This document shows positions 11,652 through 21,424 of a DNA stretch of 64,000 nt, piece after piece (the first letter of the stretch is position 1; the number at the start of each line of letters is the position of its first letter). The stretch is from an uncultured Methanosarcinaceae archaeon (GTDB lineage: Archaea > Halobacteriota > Methanosarcinia > Methanosarcinales > Methanosarcinaceae), in NCBI GenBank assembly GCA_963733675.1, contig CAVTET010000004.1, positions 32,001-96,000 of the forward strand, given 5' to 3'. The position numbers were made by a program, and so were the translations under genes. Under the pieces are notes generated by a model that worked only from the letters and a program-made list of their open reading frames with translations, did no database searches and had not been told where the DNA came from.

Positions 11652-11663
11652 TAACAATCACTG

Positions 11664-11720
11664 ATGTATATTTAAGTACAATGATGCATAATACAGCACT
11701 TCTTATAAATAGGTTTTGGA
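11664..11720 (-). promoter_or_regulatory. putative trp operon promoter with TGTA-N8-TACA operator-like palindrome
   Basis: Minus strand CAAAACCTATTTATAAG resembles BRE/TATA; TGTATATTTAAGTACA lies at 11665-11680 between TATA and trpC start. Confidence 0.45.
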
Positions 11721-11779
11721 TCAAACAGCATTTCCGAATAAAAATAAATAACATGTAGCCTTTAAGGATAATGATATTA

Positions 11780-11801
11780 ATGGTAATAGGATTTACAATG
11801 A
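11780..11801 (+). pseudogene. detached 5' end (MVIGFTM) of the Lrp/AsnC gene
   Basis: ATG GTA ATA GGA TTT ACA ATG joins in frame to ORF 23726-23938 across the shared ACAATGATAAAT. Confidence 0.8.
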
Positions 11802-11930
11802 TAAATATGTATATGGAGTCTGGTAGGTTACGCCAGCTGAATTAGCAGCAAGAGTATACGTCAATCCAAGCGATACACTATCACCGATTTTCTGTTGAAT
11901 TTCAGGAGTTAATTTAGTAGGTCTTGCCAT
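11793..11930 (-). pseudogene. truncated HTH protein, terminase-small-subunit-like N-terminus (45 aa)
   Basis: MARPTKLTPEIQQKIGDSVSLGLTYTLAANSAGVTYQT...; GGTG RBS; reading frame runs into attL and stops. Confidence 0.55.
11795..11816. repeat. attL (ACAATGATAAAT direct repeat plus element arm TAAATATGTATATGG)
   Basis: 12-bp exact repeat of 23723-23734; arm is an inverted repeat of 23709-23723. Confidence 0.8.
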
Positions 11931-12623
11931 TGATAACACCGTTTTTTACTATTTAAAATAAATATCAATTAATGTTGTATTTATATTTTCTTAGTTCCCT
12001 TTGACACAACGACGGGGTTTATGTGCATAAAATCAAAAATGAGCTATTCTAGAGCGTTTAGACCAAATTAAATGCCCACAATTTTGTTGACAGACGACGG
12101 TGGGTGACCACGAGATATATTTCATATACGTTTTATTACTCTTAAAGTATAGAACTTATGTTATACTTATTCGTATTTGGTCTTTAGATAGGAAATGCAC
12201 TTTTAGATATAGTTGGGTTAAAAAATAAAGCGTAGACTTTATGGGAGAACTGATTTGGGCTGAGTTTTGGATATATAGTTTAGCGACCGTGGTGCATATA
12301 ACAGAGATACTATAGTATAATCTTGATCCTGACAGAGCCCCTGAAAGGATTACGACTGTTTCAGTGTACTGTTTAGCTTTGGCAGTTTGTTCGGTTGCGG
12401 TGGTTTTTGTGATCTATGTTTATCTGGAATTAATTAAAAAATAGTAAATAGCGAATTTATTTGATATTTATTTGATGATTTTCGCTAATTTAAGGAATTT
12501 TATTTGAATTATTTGATTCATTTCAGTAGTTTTTGTCACTTTTATTTAATAATTGAATTGATCTTAGGATTTATTCGTCAATTTATGACTAACATCGGAG
12601 ACGTCAAAAACGTTTATATTCCG

Positions 12624-13400
12624 TTATAACTCAGCCTTCCACTCATTAGCCTGGAATTGCTTCATCATATTCGCATTCTCATCTGGCTTTACAGTACGGT
12701 AAAGATGATGGTCAGATGGAATCACTTCAACCATAATATCGATCATTTCTTGTGGATCGTTCTGATGAGAAAAAATATCTTTGAAGTAAGGGAATTTTAT
12801 TAAATTTTTATCAGGATCGTACCACTGAGATACACTTTCTGCTCCAGTATCATTAAAACCAGTTAGGAATGCGCCTGGATTAATAGTCGCGACTTTCACA
12901 CCATAGGGCTCTAGCTCTTCTTTCATTGCCCAAGCAATGGCTTCGATAGCATGCTTAGTAGCGCAATAAGTTCCTACAAACGGTACCTTAAAAATTCCAG
13001 CCACCGATGAAATCCAAATAACCTTACCATCGCCTTGTTTTATCATTTTACGCGCAAAGCCCTGCGACAGCTCTAGATGACTGAAAACATTTGTCTCAAA
13101 GGATTCACGTACCCTTTCCAGAGGTATATCGACCATTGCACCACTTTCCATAATTCCGGCATTATTAACTAGAATATCAATGTCATAGGTCAGCGCACGC
13201 TGCTGATCGATATAATCTCGAATATCGAGCTTAACTACTTCAAGTTCGATAGCTTGTTCTTTGGCTTCACATCTTAAATCCCAGACCTGGGACCAGATTT
13301 GTGCAGCAGCAATAACTTTATGACCTGCCTTTGCCAAACCAAATGCTATCCCTTTACCAAAACCATGTCCAGCACCAGTAATAAGAATTGTCTTGCTCAT
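12624..13400 (-). CDS. short-chain dehydrogenase/reductase
   Basis: TGAGHGFG, NNAG and YCATK motifs. Confidence 0.92.
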   Translation of the reverse strand: MSKTILITGAGHGFGKGIAFGLAKAGHKVIAAAQIWSQVWDLRCEAKEQAIELEVVKLDIRDYIDQQRALTYDIDILVNNAGIMESGAMVDIPLERVRESFETNVFSHLELSQGFARKMIKQGDGKVIWISSVAGIFKVPFVGTYCATKHAIEAIAWAMKEELEPYGVKVATINPGAFLTGFNDTGAESVSQWYDPDKNLIKFPYFKDIFSHQNDPQEMIDIMVEVIPSDHHLYRTVKPDENANMMKQFQANEWKAEL

Positions 13401-13508
13401 AATTTCGTCCTTCTTTCTAATTCATTAAATTCATTCCTCCCCCTTTTAGTCTCACAATCTGTCTCGTAGGAGATAGCCTGTGTGTTCACATTCGATCCTA
13501 TTTCAATT

Positions 13509-15863
13509 TCACTGCCGGACCATGGCAATACGCATCTCAGCTTCCTTATCTTCTATCAGTTGGCCGCTTACATCCACAGTCACGCTACGGATCTTGCCTG
13601 TGAACTCAAAGGGAGGACGGTAGTCTGGTGTGACTGGTGATCTATGAGCTGACCCACAGGTTACTCCACCAGTTAGTCCTAATGCAAACGGAGTAGTCAC
13701 AGGTACATCAACTTGACCGACTAACTTTCCATCTATAAATAGCTTAGCAATTCCAGGTGAACCCTTACCATTAGCAAAATCTGGCTTACCTGTTACCTCG
13801 AACTCAAACCCGAGTTGATGTCTCCCTTCAGGAACATTCTCATTGGACTCTACATGATAGAAAGCCCTAGATACGTAGTTGTATACCCAGTGAAGCTTTC
13901 CGTATTTGACATAGAATGAATATCCGCCATCGATACCACCATGAGAGAGTAATATCCCTTCAGCTCCTCCTGCAGGGATCTCAACATCGGCTAAAATACT
14001 ATGCGAGCGGTTGAGAACGTTGACTGCTACAGTTGCGGGGATCTCCTGAGTTCCGGGATAATAGGTGTAGTGCGTTCGATTAATTGTAATACTTGGCCGT
14101 TCATCAGTAATACGCAAAACTCCGCGACCATCAATAGGTAGCACATTATATTTTCCGGCTTCTGCATACCATGTGGAGATCATCTCAATTAATTTCGATC
14201 GATTCTCAGCAGCCACGTTAAAATTCTCTGCCCAATCCTTCTCAATATGATAAAGCTCCCAGCCTTTTGCGTCTAGCTCAGTTAATGTATCTGCAGAAAT
14301 AGGTTCGCCGAATGGTTTTCCTGCTTCAGTGAAAGAAAGGCCAGGCCATGGACATACGGCACGCCAGCCATCATGATACAGTGAGCGGTGTCCCATCATC
14401 TCGAAGTACTGTGTATGGTGCTTGGTTGGCGCATTGACATCGGCAAATGTATGTGCAAAACTTACCCCTTCGATAGGTGATTGACTTACACCTTTGATAA
14501 TAGTAGGAGGTTCAATTCCCAGGCATTCCAGAACTGTAGGTACCATATCAATAGCGTGAGCATACTGAGTGCGAATCTCTCCTTTAGCCTCAATTCCTCT
14601 GGGCCAGTGGACTATAAATGGATCACTTATACCTCCGCGATAAGTCTCTCTTTTCCAACGGCGGAAGGGTGTATTTCCAGCAAATGTCCAGCCCCAGGCA
14701 TAATGGTTGTAAGTCTCTGGACTCCCTAGTTTATCTAGAGCTGCGAGATTCTCCTCGAGAGATTCGAGCACATTATTGAAAAATCTGGATTCGTTAATTG
14801 ATCCCGTGGGACCACCTTCAGCACTTGCTCCGTTATCGGAAATTACCATGATCAACGTGTTCTCAAACTCGCCAATATCTTTCAGTAATTGCAACAGCCG
14901 ACCAATATGGTAATCGGTGTGTTCTAAGAACCCTGCAAAGACCTCCATCATACGGGCATAGAGTTCCTTTTCTTCAGGTGAGCATTTGTCCCAGGTCTTG
15001 ACATCCGGATCATGCCGAGATAGCTCTGTTTCTTTTGGAACTATACTAAGTTCCTTCTGCCGAGATAATGTAATCTCCCGGTAAAAATCCCAGCCGTCAT
15101 CGAATTTGCCTTTGTATTTGTCTGCCCATTCCTTCGGAACATGGTGAGGAGCATGCATGGCTCCTGGACAGAAGTACATGAAAAAGGGCTTGCTAGGTGC
15201 GACTTGTTTGGAGTCAGCAATGAACTGGATTGCCCTGTTCACTATATCCTCATTTAATGTGTAACCCTCTTCTGGAGTTTTGGGAGGGTCTATGGAATGA
15301 TTATCATATATAAGCTCAGGATAATACTGGTTTGTCTCACCTCCTAAGAAACCGTAGAAACGCTCGAAACCCCGTCCCAAAGGCCATCTGTCATAAGCCC
15401 CCGCTGCCGATATCTGTTCTGCAGGGGTCAGATGCCATTTACCGATAGCATAGGTGCTGTAACCATGTTGCAGAAGCATCTCTGACAAAAAGCCATTCTC
15501 AAAAGGTATATAACCATTATAGCCTGGATAACCAGTCGAGCCTTCGGTGATGCAGGCCATGTTGTTAGAATGATGGTTTCTGCCGGTAAGCATGCACGAG
15601 CGGCTAGGTGAGCATAGTGCAGTAGTATGCATATTGGAATAGGCAAGCCCCCCAACAGCTAAACTATCAAGGTTGGGTGTATGGATAGGGCTACCATAGC
15701 ATCCAAGTTGTCCAAATCCTGTGTCGTCCAGGATGATGAACAGTACGTTAGGAGCGCCCTCTTTAGAGCGCAGTGGTTCTGGCCAAGCTGGCTCTGACTG
15801 ATCTTCTGTGCGGGCGATTACACCTGGAAAAGTAGTTCCTGGTTTGTATTCTTTCATTGACAC
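13509..15863 (-). CDS. arylsulfatase (Cys-type, CxPxR)
   Basis: LDDTG, LCSPSRSCMLTGR, GKWHL and SDNG motifs; probable GTG start at 15863 after GGAGG. Confidence 0.92.
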   Translation of the reverse strand: MSMKEYKPGTTFPGVIARTEDQSEPAWPEPLRSKEGAPNVLFIILDDTGFGQLGCYGSPIHTPNLDSLAVGGLAYSNMHTTALCSPSRSCMLTGRNHHSNNMACITEGSTGYPGYNGYIPFENGFLSEMLLQHGYSTYAIGKWHLTPAEQISAAGAYDRWPLGRGFERFYGFLGGETNQYYPELIYDNHSIDPPKTPEEGYTLNEDIVNRAIQFIADSKQVAPSKPFFMYFCPGAMHAPHHVPKEWADKYKGKFDDGWDFYREITLSRQKELSIVPKETELSRHDPDVKTWDKCSPEEKELYARMMEVFAGFLEHTDYHIGRLLQLLKDIGEFENTLIMVISDNGASAEGGPTGSINESRFFNNVLESLEENLAALDKLGSPETYNHYAWGWTFAGNTPFRRWKRETYRGGISDPFIVHWPRGIEAKGEIRTQYAHAIDMVPTVLECLGIEPPTIIKGVSQSPIEGVSFAHTFADVNAPTKHHTQYFEMMGHRSLYHDGWRAVCPWPGLSFTEAGKPFGEPISADTLTELDAKGWELYHIEKDWAENFNVAAENRSKLIEMISTWYAEAGKYNVLPIDGRGVLRITDERPSITINRTHYTYYPGTQEIPATVAVNVLNRSHSILADVEIPAGGAEGILLSHGGIDGGYSFYVKYGKLHWVYNYVSRAFYHVESNENVPEGRHQLGFEFEVTGKPDFANGKGSPGIAKLFIDGKLVGQVDVPVTTPFALGLTGGVTCGSAHRSPVTPDYRPPFEFTGKIRSVTVDVSGQLIEDKEAEMRIAMVRQ

Positions 15864-16176
15864 ATCTTTTCCTCCAATCGCTAATTGACATTTTGTAAAG
15901 CTCTGAAAGAGAAGGCTAAATAGGGGAAAAAACTTTATTATTTTGACCACTTTTTGTTAGAATTCGTAATTTGGCATGTCCACGAGTTTTTGAAAATTAT
16001 AACCATAAGGCTCGTCCTACATTTCTCTAAAAATGGGAAAAGCACTTGTTTTTCATATTTTATCAATGACTCAAGGATATGACTCACAATTTCTTGCCTG
16101 AAGATCAATTATTAAAAAAATAAAGTGGTTTCCAGAGAGTTTATTCCCTGGTAAAAATCTGCTTTCCCGACTGACT

Positions 16177-16665
16177 TTATTCTTCGGCAAAAGTTGCACG
16201 CAGTTGGCTTTCTTCTTCCTTTGACAGGTTGGTAGCAATTATTTCAAACTTGGACTTTTTCATAACTTCTACTACTCTATCCTCAACAGCATCGCTAGTC
16301 ATCAGGAAGAGAGCTGAAGTGCCTTCAGTCACTTTGTTGCGAACAGACTTTATGAAATCTTCATTAATACCCACGTGGGTCATGGAACCGGCAAATGCGC
16401 CTATTGCTGCACCAGCAACCAGGCCAACCAAAGGAATGAAGAAGAGGATACCAAATAGTAGACCCCAAAAAGCGCCGCTCAGTGCACCTTCACCGGTCAA
16501 ATTAGTCAAGTGCTTTGTTTTTGGTTTAGTTTTTCCTTCAGGCCAAGTGACTATAGCCGCATCATGTAGTTTTATCATTTGTTGCTTACTTAAGTCCTCA
16601 ATCACTTCAAGTTCATTTTCTGCACCATCAGCAGTGTCAAACTTCAAAACTGTTAAAGTTGCCAT
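16177..16665 (-). CDS. DUF1269-family membrane protein
   Basis: MATLTVLKF...GALSGAFWGLLFGILFFIP...GTSALFL pattern. Confidence 0.85.
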   Translation of the reverse strand: MATLTVLKFDTADGAENELEVIEDLSKQQMIKLHDAAIVTWPEGKTKPKTKHLTNLTGEGALSGAFWGLLFGILFFIPLVGLVAGAAIGAFAGSMTHVGINEDFIKSVRNKVTEGTSALFLMTSDAVEDRVVEVMKKSKFEIIATNLSKEEESQLRATFAEE

Positions 16666-17133
16666 TACTCAATCTCCTTTCATGCGTTCATATTTATTTC
16701 GCAGTTTTTTGGGTAGCATGCCGATCAAAGCTACACGTCTTTTTGTAATCTTCAACCTGAGAACTGCTACGATTTAGAAGAGCCGAAACAAGTCGTTTTA
16801 TCAGCTGGTAATCTAAAAATTGACCATGCGCTAGGTTGTTATCGGCAGCGTTGCAATCCATTGGTTAGGTGATCCATTAATAAGTATTATGCTTTTTTCC
16901 AATTTAAGGTCCATTCTCTCGCTCAAAATTTTCCCATATAACCGCAACTCTAGGACTTTTACCAGTCCACGGGTTTCTAATACATTCTTTTTTCGCGAGT
17001 CAAATTTTAAATGAATTTATGGGACACGTTGTTGTTTTTCATAATATCGGTTTATAACGATGTAGCTTTATCTGATACGACATATTATCTAAAATGAGAT
17101 ATATATTTGCATTAATTTTATTATCTGAAATCA

Positions 17134-17487
17134 TTATTTGGTTATTAAGGCGTGTGTTTTTAAAGTGGGGTACTCTTCATAACAATTGTCACATAAAACA
17201 GTTACAGTAGGGCTTTTACCCCGTTGTCTTACAGTTTTTATCATCCCACATTTTTCTAACTCATCCAATGCTTTCGGAAAAGCCCAACCTGGGATAGGTA
17301 GAAATAAGTTTATGCCCTTTAGGGTGACTACTAAGTCTTTAGATTTCTTAACTCCTTTTAAATGCCAAATATACATAGCCATCCTGTATGTATGCCCCAC
17401 CGAATTGGAAGGTAACTTTATAATCCATTCTGAAGGCATTTGCGATATGAAAGAGCCTTTTATTTTATCTTTAGAATTCACTAGCAT
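17134..17487 (-). CDS. small winged-helix protein, candidate origin-binding/Rep protein
   Basis: C-terminal KALDELEKCGMIKTVRQRGKSPTVTV wHTH-like signature; adjacent to repeat array and polA. Confidence 0.7.
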   Translation of the reverse strand: MLVNSKDKIKGSFISQMPSEWIIKLPSNSVGHTYRMAMYIWHLKGVKKSKDLVVTLKGINLFLPIPGWAFPKALDELEKCGMIKTVRQRGKSPTVTVLCDNCYEEYPTLKTHALITK

Positions 17488-17499
17488 ACTTTACCCCAG

Positions 17500-17725
17500 T
17501 TAATATTATCATTAAATATTAAGAAGAAATAAAGAAGATATATTAAAGAAATATAAGTAGTAAAACAGATATCATGAGACGTTAGAATTTAGCTGCACAG
17601 CTAATTAATTTTAGCTGCAGAGCGAAATATATTTTGCTGGGCAGCTAATTAATATTACTCCACAGTTAAATTGGAATTTGGCTCTACAGCTAAATAGAAA
17701 AGTTTGTCCAGAGGCTTTGAGCCTC
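17500..17725. repeat. candidate replication origin: AT-rich tract, five palindromic boxes (consensus TTAGCTGCACAGCTAA) and hairpin
   Basis: Boxes at 17589, 17611, 17633, 17654 and 17678 (spacing 22, 22, 21, 24); AT-rich 17500-17570; GAGGCT-TTG-AGCCTC hairpin at 17711-17725. Confidence 0.7.
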
Positions 17726-17739
17726 ATTTATGGTGGGTT

Positions 17740-19509
17740 TTACTCTTGTTTTACTTCTGTGAGGATTCGCATAATAAGCTCCCAAGTTTCGGCACCTTTC
17801 TCATCTATATACCTGTCAGGATAGCGGACAATATCGACATCTGTTTTCAATCTGTTACCTGCACCCAAAACGATCTCGGATGCATCACACACCAACTTTC
17901 TCGCTATCTCTATCTCTTTGTCTACCGCCTTTTCGTCGCACTCAATCGTCAACGCATCGTGAACTGGAGCAACAATTTTAATTTTATTTTTTGAGAGAAG
18001 GATGCATGCCACTCTAAGAATTTCAGCTCCAGTAGCTTGGATTGGGAAATTTTGAACGGTCAACATTTCCTTATTACTGGAGCCTGAAACAATCATTTTC
18101 CATTTGTAGCAGGTTTCGATCCTTTTCATTAAACAGGCTTGAGTCCACGTCATATCTACCCAACGCCAATAATTTTTGAAGACTCTTTTGTGATGACTAA
18201 GCAGTTCTTTTGCATAAGGTGTAGGCTTATCAATTTTAAGACCAAGTGATTCTGCACCCAAGCCATACTGAACGCCTAGTACACAGGATTTAAAAAGCTG
18301 CCTCATACTACCATGCGTTTCTTTTGTAGCGTCTGCTGGAACTGCACCTGCCAGTTTTGCAAAAGCCAGATATGGATCCCTACTTCTATATGCCTCAATC
18401 ATATTGGGGTCATTAGAGAGAACTGCCGCAATAAAGAACTCTTGCTGCGCATAATCAATATATGCAAGCACTTTTTCTTCAGTAGGTTTTATTAAACTTC
18501 TCAGACTAGCAGGAAGTCCAAACATAAACCTAACTCTTAATTCTCCTCTATTCTTTTTTTCTTCGTCATCCTTAGGGGCATTTCTACCTGTCTTAGTCCA
18601 GAATGGGGAGATTAAGGTTCGACTCCTGCCATCTGAACCAGCCATAATAGACTTAAAGTTTAACCCACCGATAAGAGCTCTTAATTCCTTTAAAGGCCTG
18701 ATTTCGATATGGATTTCTGCCATTTCCTTAAAAGTTTCCGTGTCTATTTTTGGCAAATCCGTATAAGTTCTTGGCCACACCCAATTATGGACTTGAAGTA
18801 ATCTCACAAAATTATTTATCTTAAAACTTGTACCTTCATAAATTCCAAACTTGTCAATATTTTTGATTAACTTTAATTTTATTTTTTCCCAGTTTTCTTG
18901 TAACTTGTTAAGTAGATCGGTATCTATTGGTATACCATTATACTCAATTTCTGCCACATATTTCATATACTCCCCCCGATATAGAGAAGTTGGTATATCA
19001 AAATCAGGGACTTTAATCATTTGTTTGAATAACTCTGCTGTTTCAAGCACGTCAGATTCACAATAACGCATAATGTATTCTTGATCTTCTTCAGAGTCAG
19101 GACCGCCAGCTAAAATACGATCTCTTGCAGCGTCTTTCTCCACTTTGCTAATGGTCTCTATGCCAAAAGCTTCACACGCATCCAGTAGATTTGCGCCTCT
19201 TCGTTCATAAGAATGATTAGAAAAGCACCTGTACTCCACGAAAGTATCAATGATATTGGATGGTAAAGGCCAGTTTAAGATCAGGTGACGTCCCCACTCC
19301 GCTGAACTCATATGAGCAACAAATAAGTCATTCTCACCTATCTAGTAGGGTGGCTGTGGATTACTTTCTTCAAAAAGCCACATTTTTTTAGTTTCTCCAG
19401 AATTTATCTCATGGGAAGCAACACAAACAGGTATTGGATGTTCGCTCGGTTTCGCGATAAACTCAAAGTCTATCACGTAAATGTTATCAAAAAATTGTAG
19501 GGGGAGCAT
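17740..19509 (-). CDS. family A DNA polymerase (3'-5' exo + polymerase, 589 codons) with in-frame TAG at codon 56
   Basis: ExoI DFEF; motif A DYAQQE; motif B RQLFKSCVLGVQYG; motif C VHDAL. ATG 19509 is in frame with ORF 17740-19311 through a single TAG at 19342-19344. Confidence 0.88.
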
Positions 19510-20078
19510 TAAAGCTCGCCTCTGAGTCTCTTTAAAATAGGGTGGTTATAGTCATCTATAAACCGGTCCTTGAAAGCTATCTCGATAGCTTTGACTATGT
19601 TTTCCGGTTCGTCAGGCCATTCAGGTTCAGGAAGTTTACTTATCGCTAAGACGATATCGTAAGCTCCGATTGAGTAATTCCTTTGCAGCTTTACCCATTG
19701 AGTTTCCCCTGTGGTGTATGCGATCCGTCGGGTACGATTGAACTCATTGTCCTTACCTTCCGCGTCAGGTTGGGCTATTTCTGAGAGAAAAATTTCACCT
19801 GACCCGTAGGTAATTCCAACGTGAATTCTGACAAGCTTTAGCCTTTTTGTCTCCATCACCTTAGGATACAGATCTGGATTGAGGAGGTCTTTTCCTTCCC
19901 CTTCACTGTTGCCACCTAAATCCAAGAGAGAAGTGTCGAATTTCCATTCTGGCCCTGGCCTGATCCTGAAAAATTCCACACCAGTGTTGGGTTTTTTAAG
20001 AGGAATTGAAGTCACCACGCGCTTTATAAGGATGGGGGTAACTTCGGTAACTCGGAGAGCCTCAAAGTTAAAAGGCAT
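19509..20078 (-). CDS. polA-coupled hypothetical protein (possible ssDNA-binding or accessory factor)
   Basis: 189 aa; GGAGG RBS; stop overlaps polA start (TAATG); ends PILKRLRGEL. Confidence 0.8.
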   Translation of the reverse strand: MPFNFEALRVTEVTPILIKRVVTSIPLKKPNTGVEFFRIRPGPEWKFDTSLLDLGGNSEGEGKDLLNPDLYPKVMETKRLKLVRIHVGITYGSGEIFLSEIAQPDAEGKDNEFNRTRRIAYTTGETQWVKLQRNYSIGAYDIVLAISKLPEPEWPDEPENIVKAIEIAFKDRFIDDYNHPILKRLRGEL

Positions 20079-20227
20079 CTAAAAAACCTCCATACTTGAA
20101 GTAAAAGTTGCTAGACTATACATGCAACTGCTAGATGCAGAGCTAAAAAAGAAACTATATTTGATATGAAAACTCTATCATTCATAATGCATCACTCTTT
20201 GTTTATGGGTTGATCTGTTCTCGTGGG

Positions 20228-20569
20228 TCACTCGTGCGAAAGTAAGCATCTTTCAGTGGTGTTTTGCGAAATTTCCGACTGCTTGGCCGCTGTGGACATT
20301 CGCGAATCACTAACTGCAACGTTTTTAATTAAGATGGCTTGTACTTTATCATATACATATCCTGTTTTGAGTATCAAAGCAACCTCTACTCTCGTTTTAC
20401 TGTTTCCAGAGTTGCTTCTCCTCTTATCGATGGATGCTCTTATTGGCAGGAGACGTACCTTAGCCATTTTCTCGATTTTGATCATTGTTTTATGTACTTT
20501 GGAAAGATGCTGATCAAGTTTTACATCTATCGTTAAAGTTTTATTTTTATAATATCTATTATTCATCAT
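20228..20569 (-). CDS. hypothetical basic protein
   Basis: 113-aa ORF co-oriented with the element's operon. Confidence 0.45.
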   Translation of the reverse strand: MMNNRYYKNKTLTIDVKLDQHLSKVHKTMIKIEKMAKVRLLPIRASIDKRRSNSGNSKTRVEVALILKTGYVYDKVQAILIKNVAVSDSRMSTAAKQSEISQNTTERCLLSHE

Positions 20570-20638
20570 GATGCCCTCGATATTTTGATAGCCGGCAGTA
20601 TCTTGATCCGTATGCCGGTTACAATTCTAAGTATATTT

Positions 20639-20881
20639 TCATTTTTCAATTTTACTGTTGTTGTTTTTATCTCTGGATTTACTGATTTCATCCAAAGCAT
20701 AGGCAAAGCTGTCATAAAAGCACCCTGCTTGCAACTTATGGAAGATACAAAAAAAATCAGTATTCAGAGCCAAGTTAAGTTCGATCAAATACCTTAGCTG
20801 GGATAGCTTCTTCTTATCAGGAGTAACTTTCCATTGGATTTGTGGAAGTTTGATACTTCCTACAATCTTGTTTTTAAGCAT
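20639..20881 (-). CDS. hypothetical protein
   Basis: 80-aa ORF with GGAG RBS. Confidence 0.45.
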   Translation of the reverse strand: MLKNKIVGSIKLPQIQWKVTPDKKKLSQLRYLIELNLALNTDFFCIFHKLQAGCFYDSFAYALDEISKSRDKNNNSKIEK

Positions 20882-20947
20882 TAATCTCCACTCCTGCTGT
20901 TTTTAATATATCCTTCGCAATAACCCTATTTAACGGATTATCACTTT

Positions 20948-21253
20948 TCAACATGAGCAATAAAACTTCGTTATTTTGCTCACTAACAAGTCTTGCCCAT
21001 TCCGAAAACGAAAAAAATTATCTTTTCTGGTTATAGAGTTCATTACATTCACCTTCTTCCAGATGGTTGTGTTAATCTCGGTTCTGCGGGCCCGGTAAGA
21101 TTCTACAGGAACTGGGGTTATGATAATTCTTTGTTCATTGTCCATTTCGATCTTTACGTTTTCAGGATTCTCTGACCTGATCCACTGTATCGGCAGACTA
21201 ATTAAAAAGCTGCCTCCTTGTCTAAATATTGATCTTTTACCGATATTGAGCAT
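20948..21253 (-). CDS. AbrB/MazE-type DNA-binding protein
   Basis: RSIFRQGGSFLISLPIQWIR...VKIEMD..IIITP swapped-hairpin pattern; GAGGT RBS. Confidence 0.7.
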   Translation of the reverse strand: MLNIGKRSIFRQGGSFLISLPIQWIRSENPENVKIEMDNEQRIIITPVPVESYRARRTEINTTIWKKVNVMNSITRKDNFFRFRNGQDLLVSKITKFYCSC

Positions 21254-21424
21254 TTATGTTACCTCAATTTGACTTCGATATGACTAATGTTATAATTTTA
21301 TATATAGTTTTATATATTGATAAATAGATTTATTAGAACAACATATTGTGAGATAATAATATACATCCAACATGTTGGTAAAATATCACTATTATTTAAT
21401 AGAAGTTACAATTTGTCTTATAAC

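Noticed and set aside
17589-17693. Mini-CRISPR interpretation of the palindromic array
   Set aside because: Period is only ~22 bp with 5-8-bp AT spacers, units are degenerate, and no cas genes are present
17740-19311. 523-aa polA as given by the ORF track
   Set aside because: It lacks the ExoI motif; the frame extends through a TAG to the coupled ATG at 19509
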